Shown: positions 17,606 through 25,480 of the stretch, one piece after another
How positions within the stretch are numbered: position 1 is the first letter of the stretch
Layout of the letters: each line of letters starts with the position of its first letter
Source: Candidatus Nanosynbacter lyticus
GTDB lineage: Bacteria; Patescibacteriota; Saccharimonadia; Saccharimonadales; Saccharimonadaceae
Assembly (NCBI RefSeq): GCF_000803625.1
Contig: NZ_CP007496.1
Span: forward strand, 630,001 to 662,000
DNA: 32,000 nucleotides
Direction of reading: 5' to 3'
Translations under genes and position numbers: made by a program
The notes under the pieces: model-generated
The model's input: only the letters and a program-made list of their open reading frames with translations
Database searches by the model: none
Told to the model about the DNA's origin: nothing

Positions 17606-17632
17606 TTAGCACTCTTGCGCTGAGAGTGCTAA
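17606..17632 (+). promoter_or_regulatory. CIRCE operator (HrcA binding site), a perfect match to the consensus
   Basis: TTAGCACTC-TTGCGCTGA-GAGTGCTAA equals the consensus TTAGCACTC-N9-GAGTGCTAA. It overlaps a candidate promoter: TTGCGC at 17615-17620, a 17-nt spacer, and TATGAT at 17638-17643. It lies 94 nt upstream of the clpB ATG. Confidence 0.88.
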
Positions 17633-17725
17633 TTTGCTATGATAGTTATATCAATTATCCCCGCTCTGATTCTCGTCGTGGCGTAATAATTTAGGCAATG
17701 AACAGCCAAAGAAAAAGGAGGACCT

Positions 17726-19870
17726 ATGCCACCAAATATGCAAGAAGAATTACAGCAGCCACTGGAAAAATTCGGCACCGATATTACGGCGCTCGCCAAG
17801 GAAAATAAACTTGATCCGGTCATCGGCCGGGATGAGGAAATTCGCCGCACTATGCAAATCCTCAGCCGGCGCACCAAAAATAATCCAGTCCTCATCGGCG
17901 AACCAGGCGTTGGTAAAACCGCCATCGTCGAGGCCCTGGCGCAACGCATTGTCAAAGGTAACGTACCGGCGTCGCTAAAAGACAAGCGGCTGATTTCCTT
18001 GGAAATTTCTAGTTTATTGGCTGGAGCGAGCTTTCGCGGTCAATTTGAAGAGCGCTTAAAAGCAATTTTGAAAGAAGTTGAAGAAGCCGCCGGCGAAATT
18101 ATTTTGTTTGTTGATGAAATTCACACCATGGTCGGCGCCGGCAAAACCGAAGGCAGCATGGACGCCGGCAATATGCTCAAACCCGCCCTAGCGCGCGGTA
18201 AGCTACACATGATTGGCGCGACAACCTTGGCGGAGTATCGCCAGCATGTCGAGAAAGACGCGGCCCTAGAGCGGCGCTTCCAGCCGGTCTATGTCGGCGA
18301 GCCAAGTTTTGACGACACCGTGGCAATTTTGCGCGGCTTGAAAGAAAAATACGAGGTGCATCACGGCGTTAAAATCTCTGACGATGCCATCGTGGCGGCG
18401 GCGCGGCTGTCCACTCGCTACCTGCCCGACCGCTTTTTACCTGACAAGGCCGTTGACCTCCTGGATGAAGCCACCAGCGCTCTGAAGATGCAGCTGGAGA
18501 GCGTGCCAATTGCCCTGGACCGGCTGAATAACCGCCGCTTGCAGCTGGAGATTGAAGAAGCGGCGCTGAAAAAAGACAAATCCGACCACGCCAAGGCCCG
18601 CACAGAGGAAATTAAGCAACAAATCGCCGACCTTCGGGCTCAGGCCGAGGTGATTGACAATAAATGGCAGCACGAAAAAGACATTCTCCAGATCGTCAAT
18701 ACCGCCACTGAAAAAATGGATAGTCTACGCTCACAACTGGAAATCGCCGAACGCGACGCGGATCTCGCCACCGCTAGCCGCATCAAATACGGCGACCTAC
18801 CAGAGCTGGAGAAAAAGCTGGCTGCCGCTCGCCAGGAACTAGCGGCCATCCCACCGACCGACCGCCTACTGCGCGAAGAAGTCACCCCTGACGACATTGC
18901 CAGCGTGGTGGCGCGCTGGACGGGCATCCCCGTGGAGCGGCTGATTGAGACCGAATCCAGCAAATTGACTAAACTAGAGGAGCATATTAGCACCCAAGTA
19001 ATTGGTCAAGACAAGGCTATCGCCGCCGTGGCCAGTGCCATTCGCCGTTCACGTGCTGGCCTCAGTGATACCAACCGACCAATCGGCTCCTTCCTCTTCC
19101 TCGGCCCCACCGGTGTGGGTAAAACAGAGGTGGCCCGCAGCCTGTGCCGTGAATTATTTGACGACGAACACGCCATGATTCGCATCGATATGAGTGAATA
19201 TATGGAGCGGCACGCCGTGGCCCGCCTGATTGGCTCGCCGCCAGGCTACGTGGGCTACGACCAAGGCGGCCAACTCACCGAAGCCGTCCGTCGCCGCCCC
19301 TACAGCGTGGTGCTGTTTGATGAAATCGAAAAGGCCCATGCCGACGTCTTCAATGTACTCCTTCAGGTGCTCGACGATGGCCGCCTGACTGATGGCCAGG
19401 GACGAACAGTCGATTTTTCCAACACAGTCATCATCATGACCAGCAATATCGGCTCGCAGGCGATTATGGACTTTGCTGGCGACGATTTGTCAGCGCTGGA
19501 TAATCAAATGCTTGATGTCCTCAGACAACATTTCCGCCCAGAATTCCTCAACCGCATCGACGATATCGTGATTTTTGACCGCATTCGACCAGAGGCCATG
19601 CGAGCAATTGTCGATGTCCAGCTGAAACGCGTCGCCCGCCAAGTCAAAGACAGCCGCGACATTATGCTCGAGTTTGACGATAGCGTCCGCGAGATGCTAG
19701 CACGCAACGGTTACGACCCGGCCTTTGGCGCCCGCCCGCTCAAGCGCTTGATACAAAAACGGGTGCTTGATCCGCTAGCACTGGAACTGATTGACGGACG
19801 AATTCACGATGGCGAGACTGTAAGAGTTGATGTTGTTGATGGTCGAATCACTTTTACAAATAGCGTATAA
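17726..19870 (+). CDS. clpB: ClpB disaggregase (AAA+ chaperone), naturally lacking the N-terminal domain
   Basis: 714 aa. Two AAA modules carry GEPGVGKT and GPTGVGKT, with a long coiled-coil M-domain between them. It aligns with E. coli ClpB from about residue 150 ([15 protein letters not shown]...). An AAGGAGGA SD lies upstream. Confidence 0.93.
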   Translation: MPPNMQEELQQPLEKFGTDITALAKENKLDPVIGRDEEIRRTMQILSRRTKNNPVLIGEPGVGKTAIVEALAQRIVKGNVPASLKDKRLISLEISSLLAGASFRGQFEERLKAILKEVEEAAGEIILFVDEIHTMVGAGKTEGSMDAGNMLKPALARGKLHMIGATTLAEYRQHVEKDAALERRFQPVYVGEPSFDDTVAILRGLKEKYEVHHGVKISDDAIVAAARLSTRYLPDRFLPDKAVDLLDEATSALKMQLESVPIALDRLNNRRLQLEIEEAALKKDKSDHAKARTEEIKQQIADLRAQAEVIDNKWQHEKDILQIVNTATEKMDSLRSQLEIAERDADLATASRIKYGDLPELEKKLAAARQELAAIPPTDRLLREEVTPDDIASVVARWTGIPVERLIETESSKLTKLEEHISTQVIGQDKAIAAVASAIRRSRAGLSDTNRPIGSFLFLGPTGVGKTEVARSLCRELFDDEHAMIRIDMSEYMERHAVARLIGSPPGYVGYDQGGQLTEAVRRRPYSVVLFDEIEKAHADVFNVLLQVLDDGRLTDGQGRTVDFSNTVIIMTSNIGSQAIMDFAGDDLSALDNQMLDVLRQHFRPEFLNRIDDIVIFDRIRPEAMRAIVDVQLKRVARQVKDSRDIMLEFDDSVREMLARNGYDPAFGARPLKRLIQKRVLDPLALELIDGRIHDGETVRVDVVDGRITFTNSV

Positions 19871-19871
19871 T
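19866..19871 (+). promoter_or_regulatory. -10 box 6 nt upstream of the ATG of the CxxC membrane protein; probable leaderless promoter
   Basis: The plus strand reads GCGTATAATACATACATG. The box overlaps the clpB stop codon. Confidence 0.4.
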
Positions 19872-19877
19872 ACATAC

Positions 19878-20480
19878 ATGGATCAACTCCACTACAAGCA
19901 GGAACAGATTAAATCAGCGTCTTTTGGGATTAGCAGATTACTTCTTATACCCCAATATTTCCTACTAGCAGCTGTTACTTCGCTGATCTTTGCGCTAGTA
20001 ATTTTCTTTGCTATTAACGCTAATTTTTACGGACCGCTCATGATGTCGCAACTACCGTTTTTAGATAAAATAGCCTTGCTAGGTGATATGCTATCCGACA
20101 TCTTCACGCAGGGTTTTACTTCAATAAACGGTGCCTTACTAATCGTCGTTTCAGTCCTTCAAGGAATATCAATTGCTGCTGTAATTTTTACAGCAAAAAA
20201 GAATAAAGTTGAGGAAAAAACCGTTACCCGCCAAGTCGGACTCAGCGGCATTGCGTCAGTTGCTGCCGCAATCGGTCTGGGCTGCGTCCCCTGTGGCACG
20301 TCCATTATTCTGCCAATTATTGCAATATTTTTTTCGGGAGCCGCCGCAGCTACCGCCGCCAATATTGCTAGTACGATAGTTTTGACATTAGCTCTTTTGT
20401 TGAGCGTATTCTCATTATATAAATCTGGAAAAATTGTTTTTATGTACACAGAATTAGCTAAACAGGAGAAAGAGTCATGA
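19878..20480 (+). CDS. Polytopic membrane protein with a single intramembrane CxxC (GLGCVPCGTS); unknown family
   Basis: About 200 aa from MDQLHYKQEQ, with 4-5 hydrophobic helices. Its only two cysteines form CVPC inside a helix. Its stop overlaps the start of the DsbA-like gene (ATGA). Confidence 0.6.
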   Translation: MDQLHYKQEQIKSASFGISRLLLIPQYFLLAAVTSLIFALVIFFAINANFYGPLMMSQLPFLDKIALLGDMLSDIFTQGFTSINGALLIVVSVLQGISIAAVIFTAKKNKVEEKTVTRQVGLSGIASVAAAIGLGCVPCGTSIILPIIAIFFSGAAAATAANIASTIVLTLALLLSVFSLYKSGKIVFMYTELAKQEKES

Positions 20481-21193
20481 ATCATCAACAAGAACGTGGG
20501 ATTGCCCCAATTTGGATAATCTTATCAATTATCGTAGCAGGAATAGTTGCGCTATTTATCTATGGCGTTATTAATCGCCCACCAAATCGCCATATTGGCG
20601 ACGGTAAAGCGTGGAATGAAAAAATGTCACAAGGCTCTGCTGACGCGAAGAACGTATTTGTCGACTACACTGACTATTTCTGCTCATTCTGCGCTGAAGT
20701 TGAAGCAGCCACCAACGCCGATTTCTTCAAAAATGAGTACGTTAAATCAGGCAAGGTTCGCTATGAACACCGCGTAGTTACCCTCTTAAAGGAAGTTACT
20801 AACAATACAGAAACTGGCGCTCACGCAGCATTTTGTGCCGCCGACCAGGACAAATATTGGCAATATACGCACGACATCGTGCCGCGCATTAAGCGTGATT
20901 ATTTTGACAAAGGAATCGGCGTGAAAAACGTTGCTGTGCCACAAAAAATTCCAACATTACCACTAGAATACTTCCTTACTTCTGCTAAGAATATTGGCTT
21001 AGATGAGAGTAAATTCTCTGACTGCATGACTAAAAAGCCGCACCAAAAAGAGATTGATGACAATACCCAAAAAGCTCTTTCTCTTGGCGTAAGCGGCTTG
21101 CCTTACATGGTTATCAATGACTATCAAACCAGCGGTTTTGGTGGCGGCGAGAATGGATTAAGGGCAATTTTGAAGGCTGGCGGTGTTAAATAA
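20477..21193 (+). CDS. DsbA-family thiol:disulfide oxidoreductase (Thioredoxin_4-like), membrane-anchored
   Basis: 238 aa. It has an N-terminal TM anchor and a DYTDYFCSFCAE CxxC active site in the usual DsbA position. An AGGAGAAAGAG SD lies upstream. Confidence 0.8.
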   Translation: MNHQQERGIAPIWIILSIIVAGIVALFIYGVINRPPNRHIGDGKAWNEKMSQGSADAKNVFVDYTDYFCSFCAEVEAATNADFFKNEYVKSGKVRYEHRVVTLLKEVTNNTETGAHAAFCAADQDKYWQYTHDIVPRIKRDYFDKGIGVKNVAVPQKIPTLPLEYFLTSAKNIGLDESKFSDCMTKKPHQKEIDDNTQKALSLGVSGLPYMVINDYQTSGFGGGENGLRAILKAGGVK

Positions 21194-21199
21194 TTAGCA

Positions 21200-21790
21200 C
21201 TATTTCAGTTGACTCATAAATCCACGTAGTTGAGATAAGGCCCGCTCTATTCTCTCATTCGTCCAGTATTTATCCGGCGTAATATTATCGTCGCCAGTTG
21301 ATTCTTCCTTGTAGCGACCGATGATTTTACCGTTCTTGATAATCGATACATCAGGCACAAATATTCGAGGATTGCCATTTTTATCTTTTTCCAAATACGG
21401 TTCTAATTTCTTGACCAGCTTCTGATAGACTTCACTGTTGTTGGTGCGGGCTTCACGAATATTCAAATAATATATCTTATCAATACCTTCAGCCCGAGCT
21501 GCCCGATCAACGTGTTCGCTCAAATGCTGGCACCACGGACATTACGGAAAACCCAAGAATACCACGCCGCTGCCGTTATCAAAGATATCGAGAACTTCTT
21601 TGTCGCTAGCATAAACAAAGCGATTATCTGACGCTACTCGCGGATATTCTGACTTGAATCTGGCGGCATCGGAGATGTTCGACGTTGGAGTTTTTGGCTG
21701 TTCACTACTACGTTTGTTATACCATAGTCCAAATATAGCCCCAACCAAAATGATTATCCCAAGAATAATCGCAACGACTTTTTTGTTCAT
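21200..21790 (-). pseudogene. Membrane-anchored thioredoxin-like protein interrupted by an in-frame TAA immediately before its CPWC active site
   Basis: The two track ORFs (21542-21823 and 21200-21523) share one frame. The minus strand reads ...GVVFLGFP-TAA-CPWCQHLSEHVDRAA..., with the stop at 21542-21544. A strong SD (AAAAAGGAGGG) lies 5 nt upstream of ATG 21790 (MNKKVVAIILG...). Confidence 0.6.
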
Positions 21791-21841
21791 ATCCGCCCTC
21801 CTTTTTGTAGCATTATTTTCCAAAGATAGAAGATATTAAAA

Positions 21842-22960
21842 TTACTCCCACCTAAAAAGCTTAATTGCGGCAATGTAAATAACGACAATCCAAACAGCAA
21901 TAGTACCGATTTGCGGCAAAACATCAACCAAGCCAGCGTGCTCAGTCATAACCAAACGAAACCCTTCAGTAATTGGCGTCATTGGAATAAAATTAGTTGC
22001 ACCCCGAAGCCATTCCGGGAATAAGTAAATCGGGAAAAACGCACCAGACAAGAACATCATCGGAAAGGAGATTAGATTGCTCAGCGGTGCTGATTGATTT
22101 TCATTCTTCGCCCAACCGCCGATCAACAGGCCCAGACCCACCATCATAAAGGCCGCCAGCACCGCCATAAGGACAAATATCCCCCAGTCGCCGCGCATAT
22201 TAAACTGGAACAATAGCATACCGACAACAATCATCATCGTCAAACTGAGCAGCGAAATAATCGTGTAGTGAATCGCCATAGAAATAATCAGCTGGCCCGA
22301 GGTAAACGGCGCCGCACGCAGACGGCGGTACGAGCCGCGCTGCTTTTCAGCCGGCATTTGGTTCGCCAAACCGAAGATGCCCATGCTCATCAAGCTAAAC
22401 GCCAGCAGCCCGGTAAAGGTATAATCAAACGACTTCAGCTGCTCGTCGCCAACAGCTTTGCCAGCGGCTTTCAGCGGCGCTTCTGGCTGGCCCATGTGCA
22501 TATTAATTTTATTGGCAATCTGGTTCATCACTGCTGTTAAGGCGCTACCAGTTTGCTCGGAACCTTTGGCGTATAGCACGTTAATTGTACCAGTCGGGCG
22601 AGCATCTCTGCCTTCTCCCTTTACTTTGCCAAAATCGCTAGGCAGTTCAATGATGCCGTTCAGTTCCGAACGCTTCATCTTCTCACGCGCCTCATCCATA
22701 TCCTTGACGTCTTTAATTTTAAGAATCGAGTCTTTGGCGTTATCTTTGGCGCCTTTAACGAAGCTTTTGGCAAATTCCGTCTGCGAATTATTGATAATCG
22801 CGATGTCAAAGCTGGTCGATTGATTATTAAAAATCGAACCGAACACCAACAAGAAGATAAGCGGAAACAGGAAGGTAAAGAACAGCGACATTTTATCGCG
22901 GATGAAGCGTTTTTGTTGGGCGCGCACTTGCCCAAATACACCAGTCCAATATTTTTTCAT
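21842..22960 (-). CDS. ABC-2 type transporter permease
   Basis: 372 aa. It has one N-terminal TM helix, a large extracytoplasmic loop, and a C-terminal bundle of 5 TM helices, which is the typical ABC-2 / YhhJ-like architecture. It lies directly downstream of its ATPase. Confidence 0.85.
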   Translation of the reverse strand: MKKYWTGVFGQVRAQQKRFIRDKMSLFFTFLFPLIFLLVFGSIFNNQSTSFDIAIINNSQTEFAKSFVKGAKDNAKDSILKIKDVKDMDEAREKMKRSELNGIIELPSDFGKVKGEGRDARPTGTINVLYAKGSEQTGSALTAVMNQIANKINMHMGQPEAPLKAAGKAVGDEQLKSFDYTFTGLLAFSLMSMGIFGLANQMPAEKQRGSYRRLRAAPFTSGQLIISMAIHYTIISLLSLTMMIVVGMLLFQFNMRGDWGIFVLMAVLAAFMMVGLGLLIGGWAKNENQSAPLSNLISFPMMFLSGAFFPIYLFPEWLRGATNFIPMTPITEGFRLVMTEHAGLVDVLPQIGTIAVWIVVIYIAAIKLFRWE

Positions 22961-22961
22961 A

Positions 22962-23726
22962 CTAATCCCGAATCGCCTTTCCTGTTAAGTCAATAAATAC
23001 ATCCTCCAAATTGGCCTGCTCGACAACTTGCTTTTTCTTGAAGCCGCGCGCCAGTAGTTGCTGGATCAGATTATGCGGCGTATCAATGGTGATGATTTTA
23101 CCGTTGTCCATAATCGCCAAGCGGTCGCACAGCAGTTCGGCCTCGTCCATGTAATGAGTTGTCAGCACAATAGTGATACCTTCATCGCGAATCTCTTTGA
23201 TTAAATCCCAGAGATTACGACGAGCCTGCGGATCCAGACCAGTGGTCGGCTCATCGAGAAATAGGACCGTCGGGTTGTTAACCAGCGTCGACGCGATGGC
23301 GAAGCGTTGCTTTTGTCCGCCCGAGAGCTGCTCGACGTAGCTTTTGGCTTTGTCGGTCAATTGCACCTTGGCCAGCAGCGCGTCGGCGTCGACCGTTTGT
23401 CCGTACAGACTAGCAAACATTTTTAATTGTTCGCGCAAGGTTAGTTTGTCGTAAAACGTTGTCGATTGCAGCTGGATACCTATGATATTCTTGATATGTC
23501 TCGGCGCGCTGGCAACATCAATTCCGTCGATAGTCACTGTGCCACCATCAATCGTTCTTAAAGCCTCCAGCATCTCTAGCGTCGTCGTCTTACCAGCGCC
23601 GTTGGGGCCGAGAATACCAAAAATCTCGCCTTTCTTGACCTCAAATGATATACCATCAACTACATTCTTGCCATCATAAGTTTTAACAAGTTGGTCAACC
23701 GTTATGATAGGCTTAAGATTCGCCAT
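22962..23726 (-). CDS. ABC transporter ATP-binding protein (DrrA/CcmA-like, partner of the ABC-2 permease)
   Basis: Walker A is GPNGAGKTT, the signature is LSGGQKQR, and Walker B is LFLDEPTTGLD. I prefer the start at ATG 23726 (MANLKPIITVDQL...) with AAGGAAAGGAA upstream. The track's 44-aa extension has no homology signal and overlaps the divergent gene. Confidence 0.9.
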   Translation of the reverse strand: MANLKPIITVDQLVKTYDGKNVVDGISFEVKKGEIFGILGPNGAGKTTTLEMLEALRTIDGGTVTIDGIDVASAPRHIKNIIGIQLQSTTFYDKLTLREQLKMFASLYGQTVDADALLAKVQLTDKAKSYVEQLSGGQKQRFAIASTLVNNPTVLFLDEPTTGLDPQARRNLWDLIKEIRDEGITIVLTTHYMDEAELLCDRLAIMDNGKIITIDTPHNLIQQLLARGFKKKQVVEQANLEDVFIDLTGKAIRD

Positions 23727-23821
23727 TATTAAATTCCTTTCCTTATAGCAGTTTAAGTAATTTTGCCAACTAACCTTGCTATAGTTAATTGTAACAAAAC
23801 TAATGCTATACTTAATATAGT

Positions 23822-25243
23822 ATGAGAATTCACAGAAAAAAAGAAAAAGCTCAATCAAAAAAAATATTCATCATACTTACTCTAGTAACTACACTTATAG
23901 TAACTATTTCTGGTGGAATATATTACCTTAGCCAATCACATTCACAAAAAATAACCGCCCCAACTGATGAAAAATATTATTTCACCGATTCGCGCTATTC
24001 TGGAGTTCGCTCAAAATTCGTGACCAGAAATAATAAACGAGAAAAGGTGTCGATTGAATACCCAATTACTGAAAATAAAAAAATCAACCACACCGTTGCT
24101 GAGGCGATTGATAAAATTGATCGTGATTTTCGCAGCACGGTCCTTTTATCTACAGCATTTGACCAGCCAATGACAGAGACTATCAGCTACCAAGTCATGC
24201 ATAATAATTCGGTAGCTCTGTCGATTATCACTAATATCAAGCAAGATATGCACGGCGCGCATCCGGTGTCGTTGACGCATTTTTGGACTTTTAATAAAAA
24301 ATCTGGCGAGATTATTAGCCTGAACGATTTGACCGATCAATCAAATGAGGCTATCGAAGCAATTATAAAATCCGCCAAAGATAATATTGCGGAGACAATT
24401 AAGAAGCGCGATAAACCAGAACTTGATCTTAATGGAATAATCACCAAAGAGACTCTATCTAATTTTGTTATTACTGACAATGGCAATAGTCTGGCTTGGC
24501 CACTTGGCCAGGCATCGCTACTACCGTCATCTTATGGCGAGATGACCATCACTGTGCCAATTTCTTCAGTCAGCAAATACCTACAAAATCCAACAGCTCG
24601 GAAACTAGCCAATATTCCCAAGCCACCCGAGCCAAAGCCAGAACCAGCGCCAGTACCCGCTGCGCCAACACCTGCACCAACCACTGGCAATAAAGTGATT
24701 GCCTTGACGTTTGATGATGGACCAGGTCCATACACCGCGCACCTACTGGACATCTTGGATCAGTATGGTGCGAAAGCGACATTTTTCTTGATTGGTAGCA
24801 AAGTTTCTGGGCAATCTAGCGTCGTACGCAGCATACAGGCGCGTGGTCATCAACTGGGTAATCACTCGTGGTCACATCCAGAACTACCTAAGCTATCGGT
24901 TGACCAAATTGCTGGCGAAATTGACCGTACTAACGAGGCCATCAGACAAGCCACTGGCGTCAAGCCGAGCATCTTGCGCCCGCCTTATGGTGCTGTCAAT
25001 GGTGTTGTCCTGGAACAGCTTCGCCTGCACGGTATGTCATCAATCTTGTGGTCGGTCGACACGCGGGATTGGGCTGATCGCAATAGCCAGATTGTCTGTT
25101 CACGTGCCGTCGCTGGCGCTCGTCCTGGAGCCGTCATCTTGATGCACGACATCCACCAAACTTCCGTCAATGCCGTGCCGTGCATCCTAAGCTCACTGAA
25201 GCAGCAGGGATATTCGTTCGTGACGATACAGCGACTACATTAG
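23822..25243 (+). CDS. Membrane-anchored polysaccharide/peptidoglycan deacetylase, PdaC-like (TM, DUF3298/RsiV-like domain, Pro-rich linker, NodB domain)
   Basis: 473 aa. The NodB motifs are ALTFDDGPGPYT and GNHSWSHP. The linker is PKPPEPKPEPAPVPAAPTPAPT. The N-terminal TM anchor and middle domain are arranged as in B. subtilis PdaC. Confidence 0.85.
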   Translation: MRIHRKKEKAQSKKIFIILTLVTTLIVTISGGIYYLSQSHSQKITAPTDEKYYFTDSRYSGVRSKFVTRNNKREKVSIEYPITENKKINHTVAEAIDKIDRDFRSTVLLSTAFDQPMTETISYQVMHNNSVALSIITNIKQDMHGAHPVSLTHFWTFNKKSGEIISLNDLTDQSNEAIEAIIKSAKDNIAETIKKRDKPELDLNGIITKETLSNFVITDNGNSLAWPLGQASLLPSSYGEMTITVPISSVSKYLQNPTARKLANIPKPPEPKPEPAPVPAAPTPAPTTGNKVIALTFDDGPGPYTAHLLDILDQYGAKATFFLIGSKVSGQSSVVRSIQARGHQLGNHSWSHPELPKLSVDQIAGEIDRTNEAIRQATGVKPSILRPPYGAVNGVVLEQLRLHGMSSILWSVDTRDWADRNSQIVCSRAVAGARPGAVILMHDIHQTSVNAVPCILSSLKQQGYSFVTIQRLH

Positions 25244-25470
25244 TCCACCTGATCAATCTCAAATATCTTGTATTTCGAAGATGGGCCGTGCAGCAATTTT
25301 ACCTTTGAGGGTGCCACGCCGAGATGTTTTGCTAGTAGTTTCGCCGCCGCTAGATTCGCTCGCCCTTCAATGGCTGGCGCCTTGGTGTAGATTGTCAGCG
25401 AACCATCATCGTTCGGGACGACTTCTTCGCGGTGGCGAGAGTTGGGTTTGAGATGGACGGAGATTTTCAT
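25240..25470 (-). CDS. DUF167 (YggU/UPF0235) family protein
   Basis: The sequence is MKISVHLKPNSRHREEVV...IYTKAPAIEGRANLAAAKLLAKHLGVAPSKVKLLHGPSSKYKIFEI. The KP...G.AN pattern is typical of YggU. The start at 25470 avoids overlap with hsdR. Confidence 0.75.
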   Translation of the reverse strand: MKISVHLKPNSRHREEVVPNDDGSLTIYTKAPAIEGRANLAAAKLLAKHLGVAPSKVKLLHGPSSKYKIFEIDQVD

Positions 25471-25480
25471 GATTATTTTA

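Noticed and set aside
17629-17985. A 118-aa minus-strand ORF spanning the clpB 5' end and the CIRCE region
   Set aside because: It overlaps the highly conserved clpB Walker A region on the opposite strand and runs through the operator/promoter. It is a shadow ORF.
21542-21544. Genome-wide reassignment of TAA (or another stop codon) as the explanation for the in-frame stop
   Set aside because: TAA clearly terminates many conserved genes here (arcA, arcC, clpB, galE, the ABC exporter, hsdS), and TGA and TAG also end full-length genes. The standard code therefore applies, and only a local event (mutation, error or site-specific read-through) remains possible.
23727-23858. A 44-aa N-terminal extension of the ABC ATPase in the ORF track (start at 23858)
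   Set aside because: The extension is Phe/Tyr/Ile-rich nonsense-like sequence and overlaps the divergent PdaC-like gene. A good SD precedes ATG 23726, and the conserved ATPase N-terminus begins there. I applied the same logic to the long starts at 1867, 7379, 14977, 19827, 25515 and 28633.
24600-24700. A repetitive-looking CCA/GCC-rich DNA stretch, considered as a tandem repeat or contingency locus
   Set aside because: It encodes the Pro/Ala/Glu-rich interdomain linker of the deacetylase. The codons vary and there is no exact nucleotide repeat unit.
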